Shown here in pieces: positions 15,540 through 33,420 of a DNA stretch of 64,000 nt (its first letter is position 1; every line of letters starts with the position of its first letter). Where the stretch lies: the NCBI GenBank assembly GCA_951406725.2, contig OX597839.1:40114001-40178000 (forward strand), in the 5' to 3' direction. Made by a program: the position numbers and the translations under genes. The notes under the pieces are model-generated. The model searched no databases. It was not told where the DNA came from and saw only the letters and a program-made list of their open reading frames with translations. The DNA is from Octopus vulgaris (taxonomy: Eukaryota).

Positions 15540-15648
<109 letters not shown>

Positions 15649-15704
15649 TGTATGTATATTATATATATATATATATATAAATATACATACATATATGTAT
15701 ATAT

Positions 15705-15742
<38 letters not shown>

Positions 15743-15810
15743 GGATAGGTAGATAAATAGGTAGATAGATAGATATGTATATATATATATGAGTATATAT
15801 GCATGTATAT

Positions 15811-15850
<40 letters not shown>

Positions 15851-15986
15851 AGAGAAAGAAATATACATGTAGTGATACATAAACAGACAGATATATGAAT
15901 AGACATACACACATACACACAAATATACAAAGTGAGATAAACATACGTATATACATACACACACAGACGTATATATGTATATAGAT

Positions 15987-16055
<69 letters not shown>

Positions 16056-16091
16056 TGTAGATAGATATAGATAAATAGATAGATAGATATG

Positions 16092-16125
<34 letters not shown>

Positions 16126-16634
16126 TGTAGATAGATAAAAGAATTTTTATAACAAAGACACTTAGAAGAAAAGATCCAATCGGGAGATAGATAATGAATT
16201 GACATCGTAAAATCTTGGGGAAATTCTTAAGAATCTTCTTCCGAATGCGCTCTATTGTAACGAATAAATAAATAGTGTGGAAATGTGTGAAGCTATTGCG
16301 GTATTAAGATTGGAGAAATCCCATCATTCCATTTAGAGTAATGTCTTGGGAAATATAACGATACTTAAAATGGTTGACATCTTCTATTCTGCATTTTCAT
16401 CAAGAATCTCAATACAACAAAATGGCGGACGGTGTTTGTGGTGTTTCGATTTTATTGAATTAAATGTGAAATGTATAATGTATAACATTGTACAGTTCTG
16501 TGTCCTTATCTGTTTCTGTGATTGTGTGTGTAAATGAGTGGGCCTTGTGTATGTGTGTGAATGTGTGGGCCTTCTGCATGTGTGTATGTGAGTGATTTGG
16601 CTGATTTATGCTGCGTGTGTATATATATGTAATA

Positions 16635-17268
16635 GGCGCAGGAGTGGCTGTGTGGTAAGTAGCAGGCTACTTACCAACCACATGGTTCCGGGTTCACTCC
16701 TAGTGCGTGGCACCCGCGTGTCTTCTACTATAGCCTCGGGCGAACCAAGACCTTGTGAGTGGATTTGGTAGACGGAAACTGAAAGAATCTCGTCGTATAT
16801 ATTTATATGTATATACGTATATGTGTGTATATGTTTGTGTCTCTGTGTTTGTCCGCCCCAACATCACTTGACAACCGATGCTGGTGTGTTTACGATAAAA
16901 AGGAGTGGCTGTGTGGTAAGTAGCTTGCTAACCAGCCACATGTTTCCGGGTTCAGTCCCACTGCGTGGCACCTTGGGCAAGTGTCTTCTACTATAGCCTC
17001 GGGCCGACCAAAGCCTTGTGAGTGGATTTGGTAGACGGAAACTGAAAGAAGCCCGTCGTATATATGTATATATATATATGTGCGCGTGTGTGTGTGTTTG
17101 TGTGTCTGTGTTTGTTCCCCTAGCATTGCTTGACAACCGATGCTGATGTGTTTACGTCCCCGTCACTTAGCGGTTCGGCAAAAGAGACTGATAGAATAAG
17201 TACTAGGCTCACAAAGAATAAGTCCTGGGATCGATTTGCTCGACTATAGGCGAGTAAGAAGCATGCTT
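16635..17268 (+). mobile_element. Two fused tRNA-derived SINE family A copies
   Basis: ggcgcaggagtggctgtgtggtaag head at 16635. A second head aggagtggctgtgtgg starts at about 16900, directly after the first copy breaks off at ggtgtgtttacg. Confidence 0.85.
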
Positions 17269-17454
17269 CCCAGTGACATGGCTCCAGATTATTATTATGT
17301 TTAGGGTTATCTTTATTTCTTGTTTTAGTATCGTATGTATTTTTGTTTAATTCCATATATATATTCATGTGTGCTTGTCTCCATATATTTATATACATAC
17401 GTACTCATATATTGACACACGCAGATATTATATACATACGTACATAAACACACA

Positions 17455-17825
17455 GCCACACACGTACACACACACACACATAATCACACACACAGACATA
17501 ATCACACACATACACACACACATAATCACACACACACACACACATAATCACACACATACACACACACAGACATAATCACACACAACACACACACACACAC
17601 ATAATCAAACACACACACACATAATCACACACATACACACACTCATAATCACACACATAATCACACACATGCGCACACACACATAATCACACACACACAT
17701 ATAATCACACACATACACACGCACACATAATCACACACATACACACACACATACACACACACATACATAATCACACACAACCACACACACACAATCACAC
17801 AGACACACAAAATCACACAGACACA
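17455..17825. repeat. (CA)n-TAAT compound minisatellite
   Basis: Repeated unit cacacacacataat of variable length. Confidence 0.85.
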
Positions 17826-18278
17826 CTTATGCAGAATATATGATCTTGGAGAAAGAAATACTGGTGTCCGAATGTGAAGAATAGACGGAACCAAAAGCAG
17901 AAACTAAGGAAAGAGTTGAAGGAAAGGCCACGAGATGAATTAATCAATTGTGTGTGAATATCACGTGCTATTTGGGTCTGGCTGGAAGCAAAACATAAGT
18001 CAAAATGAAAATATAACCAGCGATATAAAGGTGAGCCACAAAAATATATTAAACAGCAATTCTTGCAAAAAAAATGGCTAGACACGTAGAGTGCTGGGAA
18101 GGACAAGAAATATAAACGTTGGAGAGATAATAGAGACAGACAGTTATATATGCGTGTATGTCTTTGTTTCTGTGAGTGTGTGTGTGTGTGTGTGTGCGTG
18201 CGCATGGGCATCTCTCCTCTTCTCATCCCCCTCTCTCCCTCTCTCTTTCTTTGTCTAAATATATGTATGTGTATAGGC

Positions 18279-18333
<55 letters not shown>

Positions 18334-18354
18334 CATACATCCATCTATCTATTC

Positions 18355-18424
<70 letters not shown>

Positions 18425-18479
18425 GTATCTATCTTTCTATCTATCTATCTATCTATCTATTTCTCTCTCTTTATCTATC

Positions 18480-18516
<37 letters not shown>

Positions 18517-18696
18517 ATCTATCTATCTACATGTATATATGTTTAGACATCTAGACGTTCATAAATATAGATCTATATATTCACACGTATATTCATGTTA
18601 ATAAATATATTTTTGTGTCTGTATATATGTATATATGTACTTATGTGTGCGTGTGTGTGTGTGTGAAAATATTTATATGCATTTGAGAGTGTGTGT

Positions 18697-18740
<44 letters not shown>

Positions 18741-19032
18741 GTGTGTGTGTGTGTGTGTATTTTACTTACTGTAAAATATGTCGGAAATCACTGTGACTGC
18801 TACTCTTGTTGAAGAATAAGAAATCAGTACTCTATGGAATGTAGTGAGTAATCTTTTCATTTAATATAAAAACGCTATTAATATAACACAAAACAAATAT
18901 TATATACATGTATAAATATGTATATATATATACACATATACATATATACATGACCGCACCTACACGACTGAAACGGATAAAAGAATAAAATAATACATAC
19001 ATAGACACTTACATACATACATACATACATGC

Positions 19033-19056
<24 letters not shown>

Positions 19057-19063
<7 letters not shown>

Positions 19064-19116
19064 TCTGAGTTTCGGATGCCGAGGTGGAAACCCGCACTAC
19101 CACCTCATCAGTTATC
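19057..19116 (-). ncRNA. Putative type-I hammerhead ribozyme in a Penelope-like pLTR fragment
   Basis: Minus strand reads gAUAA-CUGAUGA-GG...GGCAUCC-GAA-ACUC-A-GAGU-U-UUAU, giving stem I AUAA/UUAU and stem III ACUC/GAGU. Stem II is partly decayed. A truncated homolog lies at about 49573-49610. Confidence 0.6.
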
Positions 19117-19225
19117 CGGATATCTAATTGTCACATATTACACTTACAGATAAATTCCTCTGCATAATATCGAAGTCTCTTTCTTTCTTTTGTTATCTTA
19201 CCGTATTTACAAATATATATATATA

Positions 19226-19638
19226 GGCGCAGGAGTGGCTCTGTGGTAAGTAGCTTGTTTGCCAACCACATGGTTCCGGGTTCAGTCCCACTGCGTGGCA
19301 CCTTGGGCAAGTGTCTTCTACTATAGCCTCGGGCCGAGCGAAGCCTTGTGAGTGGATTTGGTAGACGGAAACTGAAAGACGCCCGTCGTATATATGTATA
19401 TGTATATATATGCGTGTGTGTGTTTGTGTGTCTGTGTTTGTCCCCTAAAATTGCTTGACAATCAATGCTGGTGTGCTTATGTCCCCGTTACTTAGCGGTT
19501 CGGCAAAAAGAGACCGATAGAATAAGTACTGGGCTTACAAAAGAATAAGTCCCGGGGTTGAGTTGCTCGATTAAAGGCGGTGCTCCAGCATGGCCGCAGT
19601 CAAATGACTGAAACAAGTAAAAGAGAGTAAAAGAGAGT
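19226..19638 (+). mobile_element. Full-length SINE family A
   Basis: tRNA-like head, ccttgggcaagtg block, internal (TA)/(TG) microsatellite and tail gaaacaagtaaaagagagtaaaagagag. Flanked by (TA)n. Confidence 0.9.
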
Positions 19639-20171
19639 ATATATATATATATATTACCTGTAACATATGTACAACCCGGATGTGGATAATCTAGGACCTA
19701 GTTTTCGAAGTTTCCTAATTACGTTCGCTAACGTAAATTTGATTAGTTCTCTTCGGCTAGACTCACCATGACAAAATTTCCAATGTTGTTACACCAGCGC
19801 CAGTTTACTTCTTTGTTTTACTAGGAAACAATATTACTGTATTGCACAATTTGATAATTCTTTCTTTGAATACATACATACATACATACATACATACATA
19901 CATACATACATACATACATACATACATAGATTCATGCATACATACATACATATATATATATATGCATGAAACGTAAAAGACTTTCTCACCTCCTCGAGCG
20001 TCAACTTAATACACCTGCTTCGTCTTTTGTTTTTCTGTAAATTTCAATCACACACATATATATATATATATACCCACATTCGTACATACATATATACATA
20101 CATAGATGCATATATACAAAGTACACACACACACGCACAAACACAAACACACACACGCACACGCACACACA

Positions 20172-20228
<57 letters not shown>

Positions 20229-20235
20229 CTCTTTC

Positions 20236-20636
20236 TCTTTCTCTTTTACTTGTTTCAGTCACTTGACTGCGGCCAAGCTGGAGCACCGCCTTTAATCGAG
20301 CCACTCGACCCCGGGACTTATTCTTTGTAAGCCCAGTACTTTTTCTATCGGTCTCTTTTTTGCCGAACCGCTAAGTGACGGTGGTCGTAAACACACCAGC
20401 ATCGGTTGTCAAGCAATGCTAGGGGAACAAAGACAGACACACAAACAAACACATATATATATATACATATATACGACAGGCTTCTTTCAGTTTCCGTCTA
20501 CCAAATCCACTCACAAGGCATTGGTCGGCCCGGGGCTATAGCAGAAGACACTTGCCCAAGATGCCACGCAGTGGGACTGAACCCGGAACCATGTGGTTGG
20601 TTAGCAAGCTACTTACCACACAGCCACTCCTGCGCC
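20236..20636 (-). mobile_element. Full-length SINE family A
   Basis: Reverse complement of family A from the tail ctcttttacttgtttcag to the head cactcctgcgcc. Confidence 0.9.
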
Positions 20637-20648
20637 TATATATATATA

Positions 20649-21056
20649 CTCTTTACTCTTTTAATTGTTTCAGTCATTTGACTGCGGCCATGCTGGAGCA
20701 CCGCCTTTAATCGAGCAACTCGACCCCGGGACTTATTCTTTTGTAAGCCCAGTACTTATTCTATCCGTCTCTTTTGCCGAACCGCTAAGTAACGGGGACA
20801 TAAACACACCAGCATCGGTTGTCAAGCAATGCTAGGGGGACAAACACAGACACACAAACACACACACGCATATATATATATATATACATATATACGACGG
20901 GTTTCTTTCAGTTTCCCTCTACCAAATCCACTCACAAGGCTTTGGTCGGCCCGAGGCTATAGTAGAAGACACTTGCCCAAGGTGCCACGCAGTGGGACTG
21001 AACCCGGAACCATGTGGTTGGTAAACAAGCTACTTACCACACAGCCACTCCTGCGC
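20649..21056 (-). mobile_element. Full-length SINE family A, tandem with the previous copy
   Basis: Same structure, separated from 20236-20636 by about 12 bp of TA. Confidence 0.9.
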
Positions 21057-22077
21057 ATATACACAGTTTTAACAAATGAACTTTGTTAATCCTTGTTTGG
21101 TCTGGAATGTTATCTGCACATTGATATACTGGGCAAACAAGTGCTATGAGAGATTTAGTATTCGCGCCTTTGTCAGTATTTGAGAGTTTCTATCGACAAT
21201 TGCGTTCAATAATTCTAGGATACATACCAAAGTTTCAGCAGGAATTGAGTCTGTAAAGAGGCGTTCACACATGTATGCATATGTAAGAGGAGTTATGTTC
21301 GTATTCATACGTGCATTTTACACACCCAACCAAACATCCGCCCACACACCCACGCACACCCGCAAATACTCACAAACAAACAGATGAAAATGGGTAGGGA
21401 TATATATACACTCTATGCAGACAGGCAGCTATAAATGTATGTATATATATATGGATATGTGTCTGTATGAATTGAAACTCTCTATACATATATATATATA
21501 TATATATATACCATATATGTATGCATATATGCAAAGTTACTAAATCGTTCATACTCACACATACACACATACACACACACTCACACACACACATATATAT
21601 ATACATATATACATATCTGTGTATGTGTTTGTGTATCAGTGTATATATTGAACCATATGTATTGCAAAAATGAATTGATTTCATATATATACAGGTATAT
21701 ATATCTATATATATATACACATATATACATATACTTATTCACACACACACATATGTACCTGTATATACCTATATATATACATATATACATACACACACAC
21801 ACACACTCACACACACACATATATATATTTATATATATATACTTATAAACATATATATATATATATATATATATATGCCCGCGTATTTAGGTCTGATGCA
21901 ATGAATGAGTGTATATACTAATTAGAGGGAACGCATCTAACTTAAAATGTTCCAGATATTCTTTGTACCATTGAAAATACAGATTTTTGGGATAACTACT
22001 TTGTGTTGTAATGCTAGGTTTCTTATCGATTTTGCTTCTGTCACTTCCATCGCCGTTGTTGTTGTTATTATTATTAA

Positions 22078-22144
<67 letters not shown>

Positions 22145-22227
22145 GTTGTTGTTGTTGTTATTATTATCATTGTCATTATTATTATCATTATTATTATTAT
22201 TATCGTTGTCATTATTATTATTGTTGC

Positions 22228-22258
<31 letters not shown>

Positions 22259-22410
22259 GTTATTATTATTATTATTTTTATTATTATTATTATTATCGTT
22301 GTCATTATTATTGTCATTATTATTATCATTCTCATTATTATTATCATTGTCATTATTATTATTATTAATATTATTGTTACTATAATTGTTATTATTATTA
22401 TTATTATTCA

Positions 22411-22446
<36 letters not shown>

Positions 22447-23518
22447 CATTATTATCAGCATTACTGTTGTTGATGTTGTTATGATATCTGTTAGGGTACT
22501 GATGGTGGTGGCGGAGGCGATGGTGTTGGCGCTGCCGATATTACTTGGTGATGTTTCTCGCTTTCGTTTGAGGTTTTCCGTTGCTGGTGGCGCTAATAAC
22601 AATGGCGTTTCGTACTTTGGGCAATGCCTGTGGCTAGATCTGGTGTTGGTGTTGTTGATGGTATTGGTGGTAGTTTTAGTGGTTGCTTTAATGTTAGTGC
22701 TAATGGTTTTATTGTTTAGGCGTTAGTTGTGTTGTTAGTGGTGCTGGTGACGTTACTGGTGGTAGCTTAGTGGTTGCGTTGGTGTTAGTGGTAGTGGTTT
22801 GGTTGTTTAGACGTTAGCCGTAATGGTTACGGTTTTGTTGTTGTTGATATATGTAGTGGTATTATTTCTGTTTGAATCGTGTATGTAATGGCATCAGTGG
22901 TGTTTGTGACAGTGGTGTTTGTGATGGTATTGGTGGTGGTCTTAATGGTTACATTAGTGCTAGTGGTAGTGGTTTAGTTGCTTGAGCATTCATCCTGATG
23001 ATGTTCGTGGTGTTGTTGCTATATGTTGTGGTGCCATTTTGGTTTGAGTTCTGGATGTAGTGGCATTAGTGCTGTTCTTATTGTGGTGCAGGTGGTAGTA
23101 TTGGTGGTCGTGTTGCTGGTGTTTGTAGTGACGCTGGTGGTTTGATCTCGGACGAAATGCCCTGCAGCATTTCTTCCGGCGTTTTTACGCTCTGTGTTCA
23201 GATTGCGCTGAGGTCAGCTTTGCCTTATTCTTGTAATTAAGTAAATATTAAAAAAAATAATGAGAATACAAACGTTGTTGTATTAACGAGACTATACAGG
23301 TGTGTGTCCCATATTATTTTAAATCGAGGAGACAGACAGAGTAATTAAGGTAGGTATTCAAACAATTGACAGTGATATTACGGAGATGTACTCGCATAGC
23401 AAGTAATTTGATCTGAGATCGTGTGCTGAAACGAAAACAATTGTAGCGTGGAAGGTGTTTGAAGCCATTTAAGAAACACACAAAAGCCGTTCGATTCACT
23501 TCAACATTTAAGTTTAAT

Positions 23519-23566
23519 TTGTCAAAATATTTTCGTCGCTAAAATCCGCGACCTGCTCACTGACAA
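23519..23566 (-). ncRNA. Putative minimal type-I hammerhead ribozyme, G3:C8 core variant
   Basis: UUGUCA-GUGAGCA-G-GUCGC-GGAUUUUA-GCGAC-GAAA-AUAU-UU-UGACAA. Confidence 0.65.
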
Positions 23567-23744
23567 AAATCCGTACTGCATCTGAGAAAGTAACAGTTAG
23601 TTCATTATATATATGTACGTATGTATGTGTGTATGTATGTATACACGCATGCATGCATGCATGCATGCATACATGCGTGTATACATACATACTTATATAT
23701 ATATAACGAACTAACTGTTACTTTCTCAGATGCAGCACGGATTT

Positions 23745-23792
23745 TTGTCAGTGAACAGGTCGCGGATTTTAGCGACGAAAATATTTTGACAA
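23745..23792 (+). ncRNA. Putative minimal type-I hammerhead ribozyme, G3:C8 core variant
   Basis: UUGUCA-GUGAACA-G-GUCGC-GGAUUUUA-GCGAC-GAAA-AUAU-UU-UGACAA: 6-bp stem I, 5-bp stem II and a palindromic AUAU loop III. Confidence 0.65.
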
Positions 23793-23884
23793 ATTAAACT
23801 TAAATGTTGAAGTGAATCGAACGGCTTTTGTGTGTTTCTTAAATGGCTTACAAACACCTTCCACGCTGACAGTGATATTGTTTG

Positions 23885-24640
23885 ACGGCTAAACAAAGCA
23901 GTTCTAATTTAAATGAAATCTAGAAAGAAAAATTTAACATTAGCAAGGATAGATTGTAAGAAAGCATATGACATGATTCCACAGTGAACTTTCAAGCATA
24001 TTTCGTATCGCAGACAATATCAGAGAGTTAATTAGCTATTGCATGAAGAAATGGAAGGTAAATATTCTTCCCAGGTAATACAGCCTTCGGGGGAAGCTAA
24101 TATGAACAGAGTAATTTTCCAAAGAGACACGTTATCTCCTTTCATAATTGTGTCCTGTTTTATCCTCCTCATTATTAAGTGATGCAAAGTCGAGGTATAA
24201 GTTTAGAGATAGTAGGGGAAGGGTTAACCATTTGCTCTACATGAATGATGTGGTGCTTTTTAGTAAGAACTTGCAGTATCGACCGGCGTTGCTCGGGTTT
24301 GTAAGGGAAATAACTATATAAGCATTTTTAGAGAGTTATAGCCAAAAAATAGCAAAAAAATGCATAAAAATGGAAAAAAAATTATGGTAAATTTTTTTTA
24401 AAATCGTAGACTCATCGTAGACGCGCGCTAATACCCAGAAGGGTTCGATATGAATCACGACTATAAGATACCCGGTTTTGGTTAAACTGCACCGCAAAAT
24501 GTGGGAGTAGTTAGGAATCTAAATCGTAGGAGACAGACACACAAATTCACTTTTATATATAAAGATAAATAAAAAGAGATAGAACCCTTTATAAAATATG
24601 TAAGGGTCTTCACCGAAGATGTAAGTATGGAATTTGGTGA
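23885..24640 (+). pseudogene. Decayed R4/Dong-type reverse transcriptase fragment interrupted by a Helitron
   Basis: Translates to LNKAVLI*MKSRKKNLTLARIDCKKAYDMIP, VIFQRDTLSPF and VNHLLYMNDVVLFSK, then resumes after the Helitron as VRVFTEDVSMEFG. Confidence 0.8.
24270..24565 (-). mobile_element. Non-autonomous Helitron-like element, copy 2
   Basis: Minus strand starts TC(tttatatataaaa) and ends with the cccgagcaacgccgg hairpin plus CAAG. It sits between A24269 and T24566 without a TSD. Confidence 0.75.
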
Positions 24641-24714
24641 AGTCGACCTCGGCGGAGTTTGAAATCAGAGCGTATAGATGGACAAAACGTTACTAAGCAT
24701 TTTGCCCGGCGAGC

Positions 24715-29100
<4,386 letters not shown>

Positions 29101-29406
29101 TTATGCTAGAGGTAGTTTGGTGCCGAAGAGGCGAGAGCAACGGCAGTCGTGATGACGGTACTAGCAGTGGCGGCGGCTGAGGCGGCGGCAGCGGTGGAGG
29201 AGGAACAAAAAATGGAAACAGGAAATAAATACGTAATTGTATAAAAGGCGGAGAAGATTTTTTCCCTCCTCTTTTTTCCTTTTGGTCTTTTATACATGCC
29301 TTTCAAGTATTGATCATGGCGTTTAACAAAAGTACATTGAACCTAATATATATACATATATACATATATACATAAATATATATATATATATATGAGCTGA
29401 AACTAA

Positions 29407-29455
<49 letters not shown>

Positions 29456-30057
29456 TCCCCATATTTACACAAAAAATACAAATGTATTTATATTCATATT
29501 AGTATATATATATTTGTTTGAATTTGGTTTCAGTATCTTCTTTCCTTTCTCTCGTTATTTTCAAATCCATTCACTCTTTTTTCTCCTCTCTCGGAAAATT
29601 TTCTGTCTCTAATACTTGTTGATAACCCTTCCTCCCGTCTACTTCTTACTTCATCCATCTCTTAATTTCTTTCTCTCACTCTCTCTCACCCTCGCTCGCT
29701 ATTTTTCTTCGTTTTTTCAATAGCAATATAAATTTCCTGCAATAGTAGTTTTTTTTGTTTGTTTCATGATGAAGTATTTCGCTCCGAAACGTTAGATATT
29801 AGATTTTAATGCAATTCTTCTCCAATATATACTCTGATTGTTGAATGCTATGCACACACAAATATTGTTCCCCCTACACAGACAAACATACACAAACACA
29901 CACACGCATGCAAACACGTACAAAACATACTTACGTCTGTGTGCGCGTACATCTAACACACACACACACACACGCACACACACACACACACACACACACG
30001 TATATATATATATATTCTTTTATGTGTTTCAGTTATTTGATTTGCATCGCTTTTCAT

Positions 30058-30330
30058 TGAGTCGACCCCAGGACTTATTCTTCGTAAGCCCTATACTTAT
30101 TCCATCGGCTTCTTTTGCCGAACCGCTATGTTACAGGGACGTAAACGGACCGACATAGGTTGTCAAGAGATGGTGGAGGCAAGACACAGACACACAAGCA
30201 CACACATATACATACGACGGGCTTCTTTTAGTTTCCGTGTACCAAATCCACTCACAAAGCATTGGTCGTCCCGAGGCTATAGTAGAAGGCGCTTACCTTA
30301 GGTGCCACGCAGTGGGACTGAACTCGAAAC
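30058..30330 (-). mobile_element. Diverged, partial SINE family A
   Basis: gtcgaccccaggacttattc...ggtgccacgcagtgggactgaac homology. Confidence 0.8.
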
Positions 30331-30497
30331 CAGATAGTATTGGATAAACCTGTGGTTCTGGCCTATGATTGATAAGTATCAAATAGGACACTCCAGTTGG
30401 GTACCCAGAGAAAACAACCCTGTGAGTATTTTCTTTTTAAGATTATGTTTCATCCGATGATTACGGTCTTTTGTAATGAAGTAATGTTCTCATTCTT

Positions 30498-30874
30498 CTC
30501 TTTTACTCTTTTACTTGTTTCAGTCATTTGACTGCGGCCATGCTGGAGCACCGCCTTTAGTCGAGCAAATCGACCCCGGGACTTATTCTTTGTAAGCCCA
30601 GTACTTATTCTATCGGTCTCATTTGCCGAACCGCTAAGTGACGCGGACGTAAACACACCAACATACAAACATATACATACACATACATACATATATATAT
30701 ATACATATATACGACAGGCTTCTTTCAGTTTCCGTCTACCAAATCCACTCACAAGGCATTGGTCGGCCCGAGGCTATAGCAGAAGACACTTGCCCAAGAT
30801 GCCACGCAGTGGGACTGAACCCAGAACCATGTGGTTGGTAGGCAAGCTACTTACCACACAGCCACTCCTGCGCC
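30498..30874 (-). mobile_element. SINE family A with a small internal deletion
   Basis: Tail to head present; the segment after gtaaacacacca is missing relative to other copies. Confidence 0.9.
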
Positions 30875-30950
30875 TATTGAAAATTGCGTAAGAAACAGCT
30901 GTTATGACCTAACAATTATCCATCGTCTGTTATTATTCGCTTTATTATGC

Positions 30951-31015
<65 letters not shown>

Positions 31016-31182
31016 CTATTTAATTATTTACTTTTCATTGTTTGAGATTATAAATAATGTCCGCTTAAAGTTTGTTTTACCAGGCTATACCTAATACATA
31101 AATCCACCAGTGCGTCCTCAAGGCTATTTTTCTTCTTCTTCTTCTTCTTCTTCTTCTTCTTCTTCTTCTTCTTCTTCTTCTT

Positions 31183-31316
<134 letters not shown>

Positions 31317-31324
31317 TACTACTA

Positions 31325-31356
<32 letters not shown>

Positions 31357-31378
31357 ACTACTACTACTACTACTACTT

Positions 31379-31488
<110 letters not shown>

Positions 31489-31594
31489 GGATCCAACTTA
31501 ATCCTACAAATTCTAAGATATCTTCTTTAAAAATAAGAAAAAAATAAAATAAATATGAATATGTATATATTCATATATGTATATATATGTATAT

Positions 31595-31683
<89 letters not shown>

Positions 31684-31713
31684 TATACACATACACACAC
31701 ACACACACATACA

Positions 31714-31782
<69 letters not shown>

Positions 31783-31991
31783 TCTACGAAGTGATTGGTT
31801 GCAATTCATGTCATGTTCTGTTTAATGAGTTTCCGTTTGTTATTTTTGTGAGGTATTCTATTATTCCAGAGTCATGTTGAATTCCAAATATGGAAATATG
31901 AAAAATCCTTAATTAAGAAAATATAAATGAAAAACAAAGAAAACGAAAACTTAAACTAAGCGAAAACTATGTCATCCTATTCGTGATATCG

Positions 31992-32035
<44 letters not shown>

Positions 32036-32347
32036 AACACACACATATACACTAAAAATCACACAAATACAAACACAAGCATACCGACGCACACACACGC
32101 GTACATACAAACACACACACATACACACACTCACACACACACACACACACAACACAAACAAACATAAGCATACACAAACTACTGAAGCAGGAAAAACACA
32201 TATATACACATACGATATATAGCCACACGCGTAGGTGTACATACACACATGTCTCATATAATATTATATTATACAGTAATATATATAAGTGTATATATAA
32301 ATATATATTTATACATACACACATATACATATACTCTCTCTCTCTCC

Positions 32348-32417
<70 letters not shown>

Positions 32418-32529
32418 TATATCAATAATAAAGGGTGAAATTAATTAATCTATTTAATTTAGAAATAATCATTAATTTCACCAAGTAGCGTTCGGCATGT
32501 AAAAGCCCCATTCAAGGAAGGTTTAAGTA

Positions 32530-32790
32530 ATACTAAGTAATTAAGGGTTTAGCAACGATTTGCCACACCACACACCGAATTTAGAAATAGCAGTCAAAAA
32601 GTTTTGGCTATTCTTTCTACTTAAAAGGAGATCCCAGTAAAACCACAGCACTTAAAAAGCACTTAAAAGTGCTGTGGTTTTACTGGGATCCCCTTTTAAG
32701 TAGAAAGAATAGCCAAAACTTTTTGACTGCTATTTCTAAATTCTGTGTGTGGTGAGGCAAATCGTTGCTAAACCCTTAATTACTTAGTAT
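32530..32790. repeat. Long fold-back palindrome (arms about 124 bp, 13-nt spacer) within a TA-flanked insert starting near 32424
   Basis: 32530-32653 is the near-perfect reverse complement of 32667-32790. Confidence 0.9.
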
Positions 32791-32917
32791 ATATATATAT
32801 ATATGTATATATATTAATAACAGAAGGGTAAAATATATTAATTAATTAATCAATTAATTACCAATTTTACCAAGTAGATCGGTACGTTAAAATAAACTTT
32901 ATAGGTAACATTATCCA

Positions 32918-32981
32918 TATAATTATAATTAGGGATCAGCTAACTGCTTCACCAGTTAGCTGAACCCTAATTATCATTATA
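32918..32981. repeat. Short fold-back (29-bp arms) ending a related insert that starts near 32815
   Basis: tataattataattagggatcagctaactg-cttcac-cagttagctgaaccctaattatcattata. The leader aagggtaaaa...ttttaccaagtag resembles 32431-32490. Confidence 0.8.
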
Positions 32982-33019
32982 GGAAAGAGGGAGAACGAGA
33001 GAAAGACAGGAACGGGATA

Positions 33020-33420
33020 CTCTCTTTACTCTTTACTCTTTTACTTGTTTCAGTCATTTGACTGCGGCCATGCTGGAGCACCGCCTTTAGTCGAGCAAAT
33101 CTTATTCTTTGTAAGCCCAGTACTTATTTTATCGGTCTCTTTTGCCGAACCGCTAAGTTACGGGGACGTAAACACACCAGCATCGGTTGTCAAGCAATGC
33201 TAGAGGGACAAACACAGACACACAAACACACATACACACATATATATATACATATATACGACAAGCTTCTTTCAGTTTCCGTCTACCAAATCCATTCACA
33301 AGGCATTGGTCGGCCCGGGGCTATAGCAGAAGACACTTGCCCAAGATGCCACGCAGTGGACTGAACCCGGAACCATGTGGTTGGTTAGCAAGCTACTTAC
33401 CACACAACCACTCCTGCACC
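33020..33420 (-). mobile_element. SINE family A
   Basis: Tail-to-head homology with the other A copies. Confidence 0.9.

Larger units (their letters stand above)
23380..23866. mobile_element. TSD-flanked inverted-repeat insertion (Penelope-like) with two hammerhead-bearing arms
   Basis: Direct repeat tgacagtgatatt at 23367-23379 and 23867-23879. Segments about 23444-23610 and 23700-23867 are near-perfect reverse complements separated by TA/TATG/TGCA microsatellite. Confidence 0.85.

Noticed and set aside
29108-29126. let-7-like agaggtagtttggtgcc
   Set aside because: Only a seed-like match, with no precursor hairpin.
29761-29800. Hammerhead-like catgatgaag...ccgaaacgttaga
   Set aside because: Core and stems are too decayed to support, although it may be a relic of the same class.
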